51,167 nucleotides of DNA from Melioribacteraceae bacterium (GTDB taxonomy: Bacteria; Bacteroidota; Ignavibacteria; Ignavibacteriales; Melioribacteraceae): NCBI GenBank assembly GCA_027013735.1, contig JALWGH010000076.1, positions 1 to 51,167 on the forward strand, given 5' to 3'. This document shows positions 1 through 9,730 of the stretch, piece by piece; the stretch's first letter is position 1; each line of letters opens with the position of its first letter. The notes beneath the pieces were generated by a model that had not been told where the DNA came from, ran no database searches, and saw only the letters and a list, made by a program, of their open reading frames with translations. A program made the translations under genes and the position numbers.

Positions 1-469
1 TTATTTCTATTTTTTGAACAGCCAAACCGCCGTAAATAAAGGCTAAGCCTGTCATCGAAGCAACCGTGAAGTTGTTTATTAAGGGTAACTTTTTAATGCA
101 ACAGGAATAAAAAAACAGAAGCGCTATGGAAAAAACCGCAACTCCAAAAGTTAAGTTGTTGATTATGTAAGAAAAATAAACGCCTGCAATTGTAAATAAA
201 AAATACAATACGATTGCAAACGGAACGGAAATTTTGCCCGAGGGTAAAGGGCGTTCGGGGTGACTTGTTTTGTCAATTTCAATATCGAAAATGTCGTTAA
301 TGATGTTTCCTCCCGCAGCAATGAACGCTGCGGAAAAAGAAGCAAGGAGAATAAAAGTGTTAATGGTAAGTTGATTTAACGCAAGCAAACCGGCAATGTA
401 AACTGCGGTAAAAGTGATTACAAAATTAACCGGTCTGATAATTTTTAATATTGAAGCAAGCGCTCTCAT
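1..469 (-). CDS. UbiA-family prenyltransferase, 5' part only (gene continues past the window edge)
   Basis: Not in the ORF track because it is open at the edge. The reverse strand from ATG (complement of 467-469) reads MRALASILKIIRPVNFVITFTAVYIAGLL...AAGGNIINDIFDIEIDKTSHPERPLPSGKIS..., which contains the NDxxDxxxD prenyl-diphosphate motif and hydrophobic helices. Confidence 0.75.
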   Translation of the reverse strand, partial: MRALASILKIIRPVNFVITFTAVYIAGLLALNQLTINTFILLASFSAAFIAAGGNIINDIFDIEIDKTSHPERPLPSGKISVPFAIVLYFLFTIAGVYFSYIINNLTFGVAVFSIALLFFYSCCIKKLPLINNFTVASMTGLAFIYGGLAVQKIEI

Positions 470-538
470 TTATTTATTTGTTTAATAAAAATTTAGCTTC
501 TTAAATTTAGAAAAAAATATTTAAAGTTGAAATTCGTT

Positions 539-566
539 GTAACATTTCCCCCGCCTTGTTCGTCTA
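539..566 (+). promoter_or_regulatory. Candidate ECF-type autoregulated promoter (GTAACA-N16/17-CGTCTA)
   Basis: tGTAACAtttcccccgccttgttCGTCTAtt lies immediately upstream of the sigma gene. The AAC...CGT spacing fits the general ECF promoter architecture. The -10 element ends about 7 nt before the GTG at 573. Confidence 0.4.
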
Positions 567-572
567 TTAAAT

Positions 573-1100
573 GTGATTATGGCGCGCAAAGAGACGAAAT
601 ACAATAAGCTTTTTAATTCCTATAAAAATCGTGTTTACGAGTATGCTCTTTACATGCTGAAAAACCAAATGGACGCCGAAGATGTAACGCAAGAGGTTTT
701 TATTAAACTTTGGCAAAGAATGAATGAGGTAAAAACATCGAAGCTCGGAAGTTGGATAATGAAAACCACAAGAAATCTTTGCATCGATTATTTACGGAAA
801 AGAAAGACGGTAATTAATGGCGAAAAAAAGATACTGCAAGAGAAAGACAAAGAAGAGAAAACTATCAATCTGGCTGCACAGTTCGAAACAAAAGTTGTGA
901 CAGAAAAAGTGAGAGCTGTAATTTCCGACTTACCCGAGCTTTGGAGGTCTGTTTTTGTACTTTACGAAATTCAAAATTTTAAATACAGGGAAATCTCGGA
1001 AATGCTCAGTGTTCCGGTAAACAGCGTTAAAGTTTACCTTTTTCGTGCAAGAAATAAAATACGTGAGGAAATTTTAAAGAATGACAAAGTTGAAGTTTGA
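573..1100 (+). CDS. RNA polymerase sigma-70 family ECF sigma factor
   Basis: Region 2-like DAEDVTQEVFIKLWQ and region 4 HTH-like YREISEMLSVPVNSVKVYLFRARNKIRE; 175 aa. The start may be GTG 573 or ATG 579. Confidence 0.9.
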   Translation: MIMARKETKYNKLFNSYKNRVYEYALYMLKNQMDAEDVTQEVFIKLWQRMNEVKTSKLGSWIMKTTRNLCIDYLRKRKTVINGEKKILQEKDKEEKTINLAAQFETKVVTEKVRAVISDLPELWRSVFVLYEIQNFKYREISEMLSVPVNSVKVYLFRARNKIREEILKNDKVEV

Positions 1101-1635
1101 AAGTTTAACCGACGAACAAAAAGCACTGCTTCTCGATTATGCTTACGGCACGGTAAACAGGATAAGTGCCTTAAAGGCAAGAAGGTTAGTGAGCACTAAC
1201 TACGTAGCGCGGGAGTTTTATCTCGAAAACAAAAAGATTGCGGAAGCGGTTCGTAGTATCAAAGAAAAACAACTCTCCGAAAAGGTTGAGGAAAGGATAC
1301 TGAAAAATATTTCCGTCCTTGCGGAAAAAGAAATTGATTTGAAAAAAGAATTAAAATTCCGTCAGTTGAATGTTGGTTTTGCCGGCGCTGTGGTTACGGT
1401 TGTCGTTGCCTTGATTGTAGCGTTGTTGGTGAATTTCAATTCGCCGAAAAGACAGTATTCTTATTCTGAAATCCGAGAAGCGAACAAAGAGGTTTTGGAA
1501 TCATTGGCGATAGTAGCAAGGACATTCAAAAAAACGGAAATTTTTGTTACAAACGACGTAGTGGCTAACCGTTTGTTACAGCCGTTTAAAAAAAGTAAAA
1601 GTTTGGTAAATAATTTGTTTGAGGTAAAAAAATGA
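1081..1635 (+). CDS. Putative membrane-anchored anti-sigma factor (single TM helix)
   Basis: Overlaps the sigma gene stop by 20 nt. Central hydrophobic helix VGFAGAVVTVVVALIVALLV. The function is assigned from position only. Confidence 0.5.
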   Translation: MTKLKFESLTDEQKALLLDYAYGTVNRISALKARRLVSTNYVAREFYLENKKIAEAVRSIKEKQLSEKVEERILKNISVLAEKEIDLKKELKFRQLNVGFAGAVVTVVVALIVALLVNFNSPKRQYSYSEIREANKEVLESLAIVARTFKKTEIFVTNDVVANRLLQPFKKSKSLVNNLFEVKK

Positions 1636-2204
1636 AAAGAATAATAACGATTGCCTTTTTAATTATTGCGTTTATTTCAAGCGCTAATGCACAGGACAAA
1701 TCATATTTAAATAATCCCGGCTACGTTGACTTCGGGAGTTTCTCCGGTTTGGAAGAAAGCGAAAACGTGGTAGAGATTCAGCTCGAAGCGCCAATATTAA
1801 GACTTGTGGCTAAAATGTCGGAGGAGGACGACGAGGAGTTGTCCGATTTGCTGGAGGGGTTAAAACTTATTAAGGTTTACGCTTTTGATGCAACAAAAAA
1901 GACACAGCCCGAATTCGTTCGGAAGATTAAAAGACTTAACGGAAAATTGTTAAGAAAAGGTTGGCAGAGAATAGTAAAAGCAAAGGACAAAAATGATTAC
2001 GTTAACATTTACATTCGTACGGATGGGGATTCGAATATCGTAGGGCTTGTAATTATGGCTGTGGACAACTCAGGCAGTGTTGCGTTCGTTAATATTGTCG
2101 GTAACATTAATCTTGAAACAATCGGCAGGCTCTCGGAAAAATTTGATATTCCTGAGTTAGACAAAATTGACGAAGCGGATTCTGCAAAAGCAAAAAACAA
2201 ATAA
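1632..2204 (+). CDS. Secreted DUF4252-like protein (ECF sigma operon partner)
   Basis: ATGA overlap with the upstream gene. Signal peptide MKRIITIAFLIIAFISSANAQ. An acidic EEDDEE patch followed by LEGLKLIKVY resembles DUF4252. Confidence 0.6.
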   Translation: MKRIITIAFLIIAFISSANAQDKSYLNNPGYVDFGSFSGLEESENVVEIQLEAPILRLVAKMSEEDDEELSDLLEGLKLIKVYAFDATKKTQPEFVRKIKRLNGKLLRKGWQRIVKAKDKNDYVNIYIRTDGDSNIVGLVIMAVDNSGSVAFVNIVGNINLETIGRLSEKFDIPELDKIDEADSAKAKNK

Positions 2205-2218
2205 ACGGGAGCAAAACA

Positions 2219-2749
2219 ATGAAAAAAGCATTTTTGATTTTTCTGTTAGTTTTTCTGGTTTCGGGTTGTGTGGATGTTGACGGTAATTTTGAAAATGTAA
2301 AAGAAACCGTGCTTGCCGGACTCAAAGAAAACGTTGAAAAACAAATGGAATTTTCCGTAGGGGGATTAACGTTGTCTCTTGCCGGGGCATTCTTGTCCGA
2401 CGAAGATGAGGACGAGGCTCAAGCTCAAGAAATGTTAAGCAATGTTAGTAACGTCCAAGTGGGAATTTACAATAGGCTTGAATGCAGGCGTACGGACTTT
2501 AATTTTATAAATAAAACGGCAAAGCGGATTTCTTCTTTTGGGTTAATTCCTATTGTAAAAGCTCGTAACGGAGAAGAGGCGATGTTGATGTTTGTAAATA
2601 ATGTTAGAGAAAGAGGGGAAATAGAAAAAATCTTAGTGGTGGCAATAAATCCCGATGAAATTGTAATTGCTCAGGTTGACGGCAACATCGGGAACTTAAT
2701 TGAAACGGCTGTAAAAGACAAAGGATTTAATATCGGCAACAACTATTAA
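2219..2749 (+). CDS. Lipoprotein, second DUF4252-like protein
   Basis: Lipobox LVSGC. The SDEDEDEAQAQEML...VQVGIY layout parallels the preceding ORF. Confidence 0.5.
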   Translation: MKKAFLIFLLVFLVSGCVDVDGNFENVKETVLAGLKENVEKQMEFSVGGLTLSLAGAFLSDEDEDEAQAQEMLSNVSNVQVGIYNRLECRRTDFNFINKTAKRISSFGLIPIVKARNGEEAMLMFVNNVRERGEIEKILVVAINPDEIVIAQVDGNIGNLIETAVKDKGFNIGNNY

Positions 2750-2830
2750 AATTGTCGGGGCGTAATGCTTCTGTTATTATTAGTCCGAACAACACACGCC
2801 TCTTGAATGTGCTGTAAAATCAGGGGGAGT

Positions 2831-3445
2831 TTAGTCTCCCCCGTAAATTTCGTCGTAATCTTTAATAGCCGCTTGAATAACCTTAAAAGCATGCTCTTTC
2901 CCGAAAACGGTTTCGATTGAAAATTTATTCTCTTCGCCGGGAATCAATTTGTAAGTTGTAAAATAATGTTGCAGGCGTTCAACCAAAACATCTGGAAGTT
3001 CGGAAATATCGGTAATGTTTCCGTAAATATTGTCGTTTTTAAGTACGGCAATTATTTTGTCGTCTGCCTCGCCGTGGTCAATACCTTGTAAACCGCCAAC
3101 AACACGTGCACGTAAAATAATCTCTCCGCGAGAAATCGGTCGCTCGCTAATTACGCAAATGTCCAATGGGTCGCCATCGCCCTTGCCTGCTTTGGGATTT
3201 AGCTCCCCTATTCTTTCACCGCAGTAAGTTCTGGGAATAAAACCGTACAGTGCAGGTGGGTGGGAAGAACTTCTCTGGGGACGGTCAACGTGAATGTAGC
3301 CGGTGCTTTTGTCCACTTCGTATTTCACGAAATCAAATGGTGTAATTTCGATGTAGGCATTAACAATTTCCGGTGGATTCTCTCCAACCTCCAAGCCATG
3401 CCAAGGATGCGGTCGCCAACGGTAGAATGATTTTGGAAAAGCCAT
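2831..3445 (-). CDS. ppa: Inorganic pyrophosphatase (family I)
   Basis: [18 protein letters not shown]...[10 protein letters not shown]...DDKIIAV are typical family I PPase motifs. Confidence 0.9.
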   Translation of the reverse strand: MAFPKSFYRWRPHPWHGLEVGENPPEIVNAYIEITPFDFVKYEVDKSTGYIHVDRPQRSSSHPPALYGFIPRTYCGERIGELNPKAGKGDGDPLDICVISERPISRGEIILRARVVGGLQGIDHGEADDKIIAVLKNDNIYGNITDISELPDVLVERLQHYFTTYKLIPGEENKFSIETVFGKEHAFKVIQAAIKDYDEIYGGD

Positions 3446-3464
3446 TTTTTTCTCCTTCTTTAGT

Positions 3465-4244
3465 TTAAAAATTTAATTCAATCCCGACCGGACAATGGTC
3501 GGAGCCCATTACTTCGGGTAGTGTGAAAGCATTAGTAATGTTTTCTCTTAAGTTTTCCGAAATGAAAAAGTAGTCTATTCTCCACCCAACATTCCTTTCA
3601 CGTGCGCGGGTGATAACGTCCCACCATGTGTAAATTCCGCCTTCGTCGGTGAATAGCCTCAGTGTGTCTAAAAAGCCGTGGGCAAGCAGCTTGTCAATCC
3701 ACGCCCGTTCTTCGGGTAAAAAGCCGGACGTCTTTTGATTTGCTTTCGGTCTCGCCAAATCAATTTCCTTGTGAGCGGTATTAACGTCGCCGCAAACGAT
3801 AATGCTTTTGCCTTCGTCTTTTAGCTTTAAAACGTAATCGAGGAACGCTTCGTAAAAGTCAAGCTTGTATTGTAGCCGCGTGTGGTCCCTTTTGCCGTTG
3901 GGAAAATAGACATTTAAAAGTGTAAACTCGGGATATTCGAGTATCAGCGTTCTTCCTTCGTTGTCAAACTCTTTGACTCCTAACCCTTTTAACACATTTA
4001 CGGGAACGGGTTTTGAATAGACTGCAACGCCGCTGTACCCTTTTCTCTCTGCTTGATTAAAATACGATTTGTAACCGTCGATGTTCGTGATGTCTTTATT
4101 TAATTGCTCAATCCAAGCCTTTGTTTCCTGAAGACAAATAATATCAGGGCTTTCCTTTAACAGCCATTTCACAAAACCTTTTTTCACTATCGAGCGAATT
4201 CCGTTTACATTCCACGAAAGCAGCTTCAATTTTTCTCCTACCAA
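3465..4244 (-). CDS. xth: Exodeoxyribonuclease III (AP endonuclease family 1)
   Basis: [13 protein letters not shown]...ICLQETK...GDVNTAH...SDHCPV motifs; 259 aa. Confidence 0.9.
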   Translation of the reverse strand: MVGEKLKLLSWNVNGIRSIVKKGFVKWLLKESPDIICLQETKAWIEQLNKDITNIDGYKSYFNQAERKGYSGVAVYSKPVPVNVLKGLGVKEFDNEGRTLILEYPEFTLLNVYFPNGKRDHTRLQYKLDFYEAFLDYVLKLKDEGKSIIVCGDVNTAHKEIDLARPKANQKTSGFLPEERAWIDKLLAHGFLDTLRLFTDEGGIYTWWDVITRARERNVGWRIDYFFISENLRENITNAFTLPEVMGSDHCPVGIELNF

Positions 4245-4493
4245 AAAATATTGTTAGCTTAAATTTAAGAAATAGTGTAATGGTAAAAAAGAAATTTTAG
4301 CTTTTATCTTATAACAGATGTTTGAAATATGATTCAAGGAAGATTTTTAGCATTTTGTCTTAGTTATGTTAAAAAATTCTTTCCATTATGCCAGAAAACA
4401 ATATGGGAAACTTTAAATTACCGATAAGTCCCGGTGTTTGTCGGATGGATTGACTTGAGGGTTGGTAATACAATTTAATACCTGTGTATTTGT

Positions 4494-5888
4494 TTATTCT
4501 TTTTCCTGTTCAACAACTTTCCAGTAACCTCCTTTGTCGGGCCCGATACGTTTAATTTTTCCTTCTTTTTTTAATTTAGCTAAATTCCACTCGATTCCTC
4601 TTCTTGTTAAGCCGGTAATCTCTATTAGATCATTTATTGTAACTGTAGAATTATTTTTCATAGCAGAAATAATTTTCTCCACAGTTTTCTCCACAGTTTT
4701 CTCCACAGTTTTCCCCGAAGTTATCCCAAGTTTTATAATTGTCTTAAATAGCTCCCCATCCACAAACTCGGCTGTAGCGCCCTTTGAATAGTACGGCAGA
4801 TATTTGAAAACGTTACGCATACCCGAACCAACTTCTTCTACCAACCCCATTTGTAGTAAAAATTTACTGATAGTTGGATTCTTAGCAATAGGTGTAAAGT
4901 GTTCAGGATCAATTTTGCCGAAAACAATAGGATTATTGGGATTGCTAAATTCAACGGTATCCGAAAAAATCTGAATCATCGCCGGTGCAGGATGCATATA
5001 TTCGCGGTGGGCAATACTATTAACCACCAATTCACGGAATATTTTACTGCGTAAGCTAATGCGAATATTACCCTCCAGATAAAACGGATCGTTCAAGTGT
5101 TTTTCGATAAAGCCCATCAGCAAATCATACGCATCAAGCAAATTTGTACGCACGGTAATCCGGTCATCGTACCGATCCACATTTTCGCGCCGCAGTAACG
5201 CTTCGAACTTGTAAGCAGGTAGAACCGACTGGATTAAATCATCCGTGCCAAAAAACAGAATCGCTGCTAAGGTATAGCCTTCGTTACCGTTCTTTGCTTT
5301 TCTGTAAAATCCGGCACGCGCCAGCAGTGCTTTTTCATCAAGTTCCTGCCAATGATGTGCCGTGTTGTTTAATTTAATTAATTGCTTTGCTCTTGCTATT
5401 AAATCTTGCCTGAAATCACCAAACTTAATTTCGGGAAAAACCGTTTGCTCGCTATAGTAATTTTGTTTACGATTAACGATTTTGGCAATCTCTGGGGGAT
5501 AAGTTACTCGATAGTCGCCATCCTGATTTCTGATGAAAATATCTCCATTAGATTTATGAACATACGAACTTTCCGGTACTTTAATGACTAATACGATTTT
5601 ATCCTCAATTTCAATTTCGTCAACGGATAAAACAATGGATGGTGACAGCTTTTGTTGGTTATTAGCAAGATTTGCAATGTCTTTTTTAAGCTTTGCCACC
5701 TCTTTTTTGTTGACACCAATAATTTTACCTTTATCACTGATGCCGAGTAAAATAAAGCCACCCTTGGTATTAAGAAAGGCACAGATTGTCTCAAACAGAT
5801 TAGCCGGTAGTTTATCGTGACTTTCCTTAAACTCAATACGCAGATTTTCTCCGCTTTTAACAAGCCGTAAAAGTTCGCTTTCCGTCAT
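4494..5888 (-). CDS. Schlafen/AlbA_2 DNA-binding domain protein with an ATPase-like middle region and a C-terminal winged-HTH (RecG-like 'transcriptional regulator' family)
   Basis: N-terminus ESELLRLVKSGENLRIEFKES...NTKGGFILLGISDKG is typical of AlbA_2. The C-terminus TINDLIEITGLTRRGIEWNLAKLKKEGKIKRIG looks like a wHTH. Confidence 0.65.
   Translation of the reverse strand: MTESELLRLVKSGENLRIEFKESHDKLPANLFETICAFLNTKGGFILLGISDKGKIIGVNKKEVAKLKKDIANLANNQQKLSPSIVLSVDEIEIEDKIVLVIKVPESSYVHKSNGDIFIRNQDGDYRVTYPPEIAKIVNRKQNYYSEQTVFPEIKFGDFRQDLIARAKQLIKLNNTAHHWQELDEKALLARAGFYRKAKNGNEGYTLAAILFFGTDDLIQSVLPAYKFEALLRRENVDRYDDRITVRTNLLDAYDLLMGFIEKHLNDPFYLEGNIRISLRSKIFRELVVNSIAHREYMHPAPAMIQIFSDTVEFSNPNNPIVFGKIDPEHFTPIAKNPTISKFLLQMGLVEEVGSGMRNVFKYLPYYSKGATAEFVDGELFKTIIKLGITSGKTVEKTVEKTVEKIISAMKNNSTVTINDLIEITGLTRRGIEWNLAKLKKEGKIKRIGPDKGGYWKVVEQEKE
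4673..4720. repeat. 12-bp in-frame tandem repeat (ttttctccacag x3 plus one degenerate copy)
   Basis: Direct reading gives ttttctccacag three times, then ttttccccgaag. It encodes (KTVE)3 in the minus-strand CDS. Confidence 0.9.
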
Positions 5889-6170
5889 TCGTTACTATTA
5901 AAAGTTTTTCGAATTAAGTTTTTAACAAATTAATTTAATGAAATTATGTGACATATAAAATTGAAATACGACCGTAAAAAGCCTTGGTTTTCCTTAGAGT
6001 TTGTTTATTGTTTCTGTATTCAAACTTTCATCACTAATTTTAAACTTGTACACCAAAAGCAAATTAGATTCTGAATCTACAAGAAAAATAGTCGTTTAAA
6101 CCATTTTCTTTTTGCCGTTGTCAAAGGACTAACAGATAAAAAACATTAATTAAAAAAAGGAGAAGAAAAT

Positions 6171-7364
6171 ATGTTTGGATTCAAGAAAGCAGCCTTGTTT
6201 TTAACTATAGTAGGAATTCTATTTGGTTTTAATGCGTGTGGAGTTAGTGAAAGCGCGCCGGCAAAAGCGGAAGTTTCGGATGCCGAAACTCTCTCAAAAT
6301 TAATTGAGACTATGCCAGTCGCTTCCGATACTATTAGTAAAGCAGTTGTTGAAGGATTACAATATATGAGGGAAGAAGAGAAACTTGCGCGTGACGTTTA
6401 TATTACCTTGAATGATATTTACGATTACAGAGTTTTTAAAAACATCTCAAAATCAGAACAAATTCATATGAATGCTATTCTGTACTTATTAAATCGTTAC
6501 GGAATAGAAGATCCGGTTAAAGATGATGCTGTCGGTGTTTTTACAAATCCTGATTTGAAAGAATTATACGAAACACTTATTGCACAAGGTAAGACTTCTG
6601 GAACCGATGCGTTGAAAGTAGGTGCAGCTATTGAGGAAATTGACATTTTGGATTTACTTGAGAAAACAAAAGAGGCCAAAGAATATTCGGATGTAACGAG
6701 GATTTACGGTTTCTTGGAAAGAGGTTCTGAAAATCACTTGAGAGCATTTGTAGGCAATTTGAGAGTTCAAGGAATAGCTTATGAACCACAATATTTGGAA
6801 CAAGAGTTTTTTGATGAGATTATTAACTCCCGTAATCATCCGCCGGTTGTGGCCGATTCAACTTTAACCGATGATGAGAAGGCAGCATTGCAATACGTTA
6901 TTGAGGAGGAAAAGGTTGCACATGATCTTTATCTCACGCTTTACAACGAAAACAATTTGAAAGTATTTAAAAATATTGCCCGTGCTGAACAAAGACACAT
7001 GAATTCGGTTGAGAGATTGTTGAATTTCTACAAAGTTGAAAATCCAATTAAAGATAATACGGTTGGTGTTTTTGCAAATTCGGATTTACAAGAACTTTAT
7101 GACACAATGGTTCAGAAAGGTTCCCAATCCGAGATTGAAGCATTAAAAGCCGGTGCTGCAATGGAAGAAATGGATATTCTTGATTTGCTAAATAAGATTG
7201 AAACCGTCAACGGACACAACCGAATTACAGCGGTCTTCAAGCGTTTGGAAAAAGGCTCGGAAATACATTTAAGAATATTTGTTAGAATTTTAAAATTAAG
7301 GGGTATTACGTACGAACCTCAATATTTGGACCAAGCAACTTTTCAAAAAATTATTAATCCATAA
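6171..7364 (+). CDS. Secreted lipoprotein with two ferritin-like DUF2202-type domains
   Basis: Lipobox FGFNAC. EEEKLARDVYITL...FKNISKSEQIHMNAILYLLNRY is repeated as EEEKVAHDLYLTL...FKNIARAEQRHMNSVERLLNFY. Confidence 0.6.
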   Translation: MFGFKKAALFLTIVGILFGFNACGVSESAPAKAEVSDAETLSKLIETMPVASDTISKAVVEGLQYMREEEKLARDVYITLNDIYDYRVFKNISKSEQIHMNAILYLLNRYGIEDPVKDDAVGVFTNPDLKELYETLIAQGKTSGTDALKVGAAIEEIDILDLLEKTKEAKEYSDVTRIYGFLERGSENHLRAFVGNLRVQGIAYEPQYLEQEFFDEIINSRNHPPVVADSTLTDDEKAALQYVIEEEKVAHDLYLTLYNENNLKVFKNIARAEQRHMNSVERLLNFYKVENPIKDNTVGVFANSDLQELYDTMVQKGSQSEIEALKAGAAMEEMDILDLLNKIETVNGHNRITAVFKRLEKGSEIHLRIFVRILKLRGITYEPQYLDQATFQKIINP

Positions 7365-7383
7365 ATTTTAACGTTGAATAAAA

Positions 7384-7408
7384 AGCCGCTTCGGCGGCTT
7401 TTTTATTT
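7384..7408 (+). terminator. Rho-independent terminator
   Basis: agccgcTTCGgcggct followed by a T run, 20 nt after the stop. Confidence 0.85.
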
Positions 7409-7480
7409 TTAAATTGTTTGTGCCTGTATTAAATTTAAACGTGCTTTAACTTGGTTGTTGAAAGAATTTAATAGTTGCAT

Positions 7481-8257
7481 ATGACATCAACCGCAAAAAC
7501 AAAATCCGATTACGAAAAACTTTACGATTCCTACGATGACAGGTATGAACAAAACCGAATGTCAGACACGCTTAAATTTTTAGACAAGGAAATCACACAA
7601 AATAAATTTAATCAAATTTTAGAAGTCGGATGTGGAACCGGTTATTGGGTAAAAAATCTTGTGAGCGGAGAACGTTTTGTTGCCGGGTTGGATTTGTCTT
7701 TGCCAATGCTGTTGCAAGCCCGTAGGAAAATTAAACACGGACACCTAATAAACGGTGAAGCTTCTACCCTTCCTTTTGATACACGAACTTTTGATTTTGT
7801 TTTTTGCGTTAATGCCGTGCATCACTTTGAAAATAAAGAGCGTTTTTTCGTTGAAGCCTTCAAAGTATTGAAAACAAAGGGCGAAATTGCAATTGTGCTT
7901 GCCGATATTTTTAATCCCGATTACAAATGGTACGTTTACGATTATTTTGACAGAGCTTTTAAAATAGATGCGGCTCGCATTCCGAGTATTGAGAGATTAA
8001 AAAAAATGATGAGCAAAGCGGGGTTTTCAAATTTAAGAACGGTAATAACGGAAGTCATTAAAGACAAACGCAAAGGGACAAATGTTTTGTCTGACCACTT
8101 TCTCCAAAAGAAAGGTAACTCAACGTTGTTTGCTTTAAGTGACGAAGAATATTCCGTTGGGCTGGAAAAAATTCGGGAGGAAGCAAGTAATCTGAATGCT
8201 GCGTTTTTAACTAATGTAATTTTCAAAGCCGTAATAGGCAATAAAGAAGGGTCTTGA
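7481..8257 (+). CDS. Class I SAM-dependent methyltransferase
   Basis: ILEVGCGTGYW motif I and FDFVFCVNAVHH. The ORF track starts at TTG 7475; ATG 7481 is more likely. Confidence 0.85.
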   Translation: MTSTAKTKSDYEKLYDSYDDRYEQNRMSDTLKFLDKEITQNKFNQILEVGCGTGYWVKNLVSGERFVAGLDLSLPMLLQARRKIKHGHLINGEASTLPFDTRTFDFVFCVNAVHHFENKERFFVEAFKVLKTKGEIAIVLADIFNPDYKWYVYDYFDRAFKIDAARIPSIERLKKMMSKAGFSNLRTVITEVIKDKRKGTNVLSDHFLQKKGNSTLFALSDEEYSVGLEKIREEASNLNAAFLTNVIFKAVIGNKEGS

Positions 8258-8323
8258 AGGCACTTGCTATTTAAAATTTTTTTTATGAAGTTAAAACAAT
8301 GAAAATTAAACATTGGATTTTTT

Positions 8324-9730
8324 ATGCCCGAAGAATTTATTCTAAATAAGAAGAGGATAGTTACCAACTTCAATCCCGCACGCTCGCTTCTGGATTTCCT
8401 CAGGAAAGAAGAAAAGCTCACAGGACCTAAAGAAGTATGTAAAGAAGGCGATTGCGGTGCTTGTGCTGTTTTGATTGGAGAAGAGAAAGGCAGCGTAGTT
8501 ACTTACAAAAGCGTTGCTTCCTGTATTTACCCGCTTGGCAATGTTCAAGGAAAGCATGTGGTAACTATTGAAGGATTAACGGGTGAAGATTTGAATTTCA
8601 TTCAATATCATTTTGCAAAAGAAGATGCCGCACAATGCGGATATTGCACGCCCGGTTACGTCTCTTCGTTGACGGCATATTTTTTAAAGTCTTCCCAGTA
8701 TTCAATTGAAAGTGCTATTGACTCTGTTTCGGGAAACATTTGTCGCTGTACCGGTTACGCCTCGATTAAAAGGGCAATTGTTAATATGATTAATGAAATT
8801 AACTCTGCTCCTTTGCGTCAAGACGAGAAATTGAATTTTTTAGTTAGACAAAAAATTATTCCCGAATATTTCAAAGACATTCCCGAGCGTTTGGCGGAGT
8901 TAAAAAAAGCCGGGGACACGAAACACGAAAAAGGAACTCCAATAGCCGGCGGTACAGATTTACTGGTTCAACAACCGGAAGAATTGACAAATAAACAAAT
9001 AAGTTTTTTGACTGTTAACAAAAATAGTTCAATTTTTGAACAAAACGGCGAAGTGGTCTTATCGGCGGACACGACATTCGAGGACTTTGGCGAGTCAACA
9101 ATAATAAGAAAATATTTCCCCGACATTGACGAAACCCTTAAATTAATTGCCTCCCCGTTAATTCGTAATGTGGCTACAATCGGCGGCAACATTGTAAACG
9201 CTTCCCCCATTGGGGACTTTACAATTATTTTACTTGCGCTCGATGCGAAGGTTGTTCTTGAGAATAAAACCGGTGAAAAAAGAACAGTTGCGTTAAAGGA
9301 TTTTTACAAAGGGTACAAAGCCTTGGATAAGTCATCTGACGAATTGTTAACTGAAATAAAGTTTTCTGTTTCTGAAAATTTGATTTTTAATTTTGAAAAA
9401 GTTTCCAAACGTACTCACCTCGACATTGCAAGCGTAAATACGGCACTAGCAATTTCCTTAAGTGGCGAAACAATCGAAAACATTGGGCTTTCTGCGGGTG
9501 GTGTAGCCCCCGTGCCGAAATACTTAACCGAAACGGCTTCTTACTTGAAAGGAAAAGAAATTAATAACGAGACAGTCCTTAAAGCGGCGGAAATTTCGCG
9601 CTCGGAGATTTTGCCCATTAGCGATGTGCGAGGAAGCGCCGATTACAAAAAGGCTTTGCTTGGGCGTTTAATTGAAGCGCATTTCTTTAAGCTGTTTCCG
9701 CAATTCTTAAATGCGGAGGTTTTACTATGA
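8324..9730 (+). CDS. xdhA: Xanthine dehydrogenase-family small subunit ([2Fe-2S] plus FAD-binding domains)
   Basis: CKEGDCGACAV, CGYCTPG and GNICRCTGY iron-sulfur motifs, then the FAD-domain GGTDL. ATGA overlap with the next gene. Confidence 0.8.
   Translation: MPEEFILNKKRIVTNFNPARSLLDFLRKEEKLTGPKEVCKEGDCGACAVLIGEEKGSVVTYKSVASCIYPLGNVQGKHVVTIEGLTGEDLNFIQYHFAKEDAAQCGYCTPGYVSSLTAYFLKSSQYSIESAIDSVSGNICRCTGYASIKRAIVNMINEINSAPLRQDEKLNFLVRQKIIPEYFKDIPERLAELKKAGDTKHEKGTPIAGGTDLLVQQPEELTNKQISFLTVNKNSSIFEQNGEVVLSADTTFEDFGESTIIRKYFPDIDETLKLIASPLIRNVATIGGNIVNASPIGDFTIILLALDAKVVLENKTGEKRTVALKDFYKGYKALDKSSDELLTEIKFSVSENLIFNFEKVSKRTHLDIASVNTALAISLSGETIENIGLSAGGVAPVPKYLTETASYLKGKEINNETVLKAAEISRSEILPISDVRGSADYKKALLGRLIEAHFFKLFPQFLNAEVLL

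Noticed and set aside
163-345. 60-aa minus-strand ORF from the track
   Set aside because: It is out of frame within the UbiA-family CDS, which is open to the window edge and carries the NDxxDxxxD motif.
7942-8421. 159-aa minus-strand ORF spanning the methyltransferase 3' end and the xdhA 5' end
   Set aside because: It is antisense to two well-supported genes and crosses their intergenic region. No motifs are recognisable.
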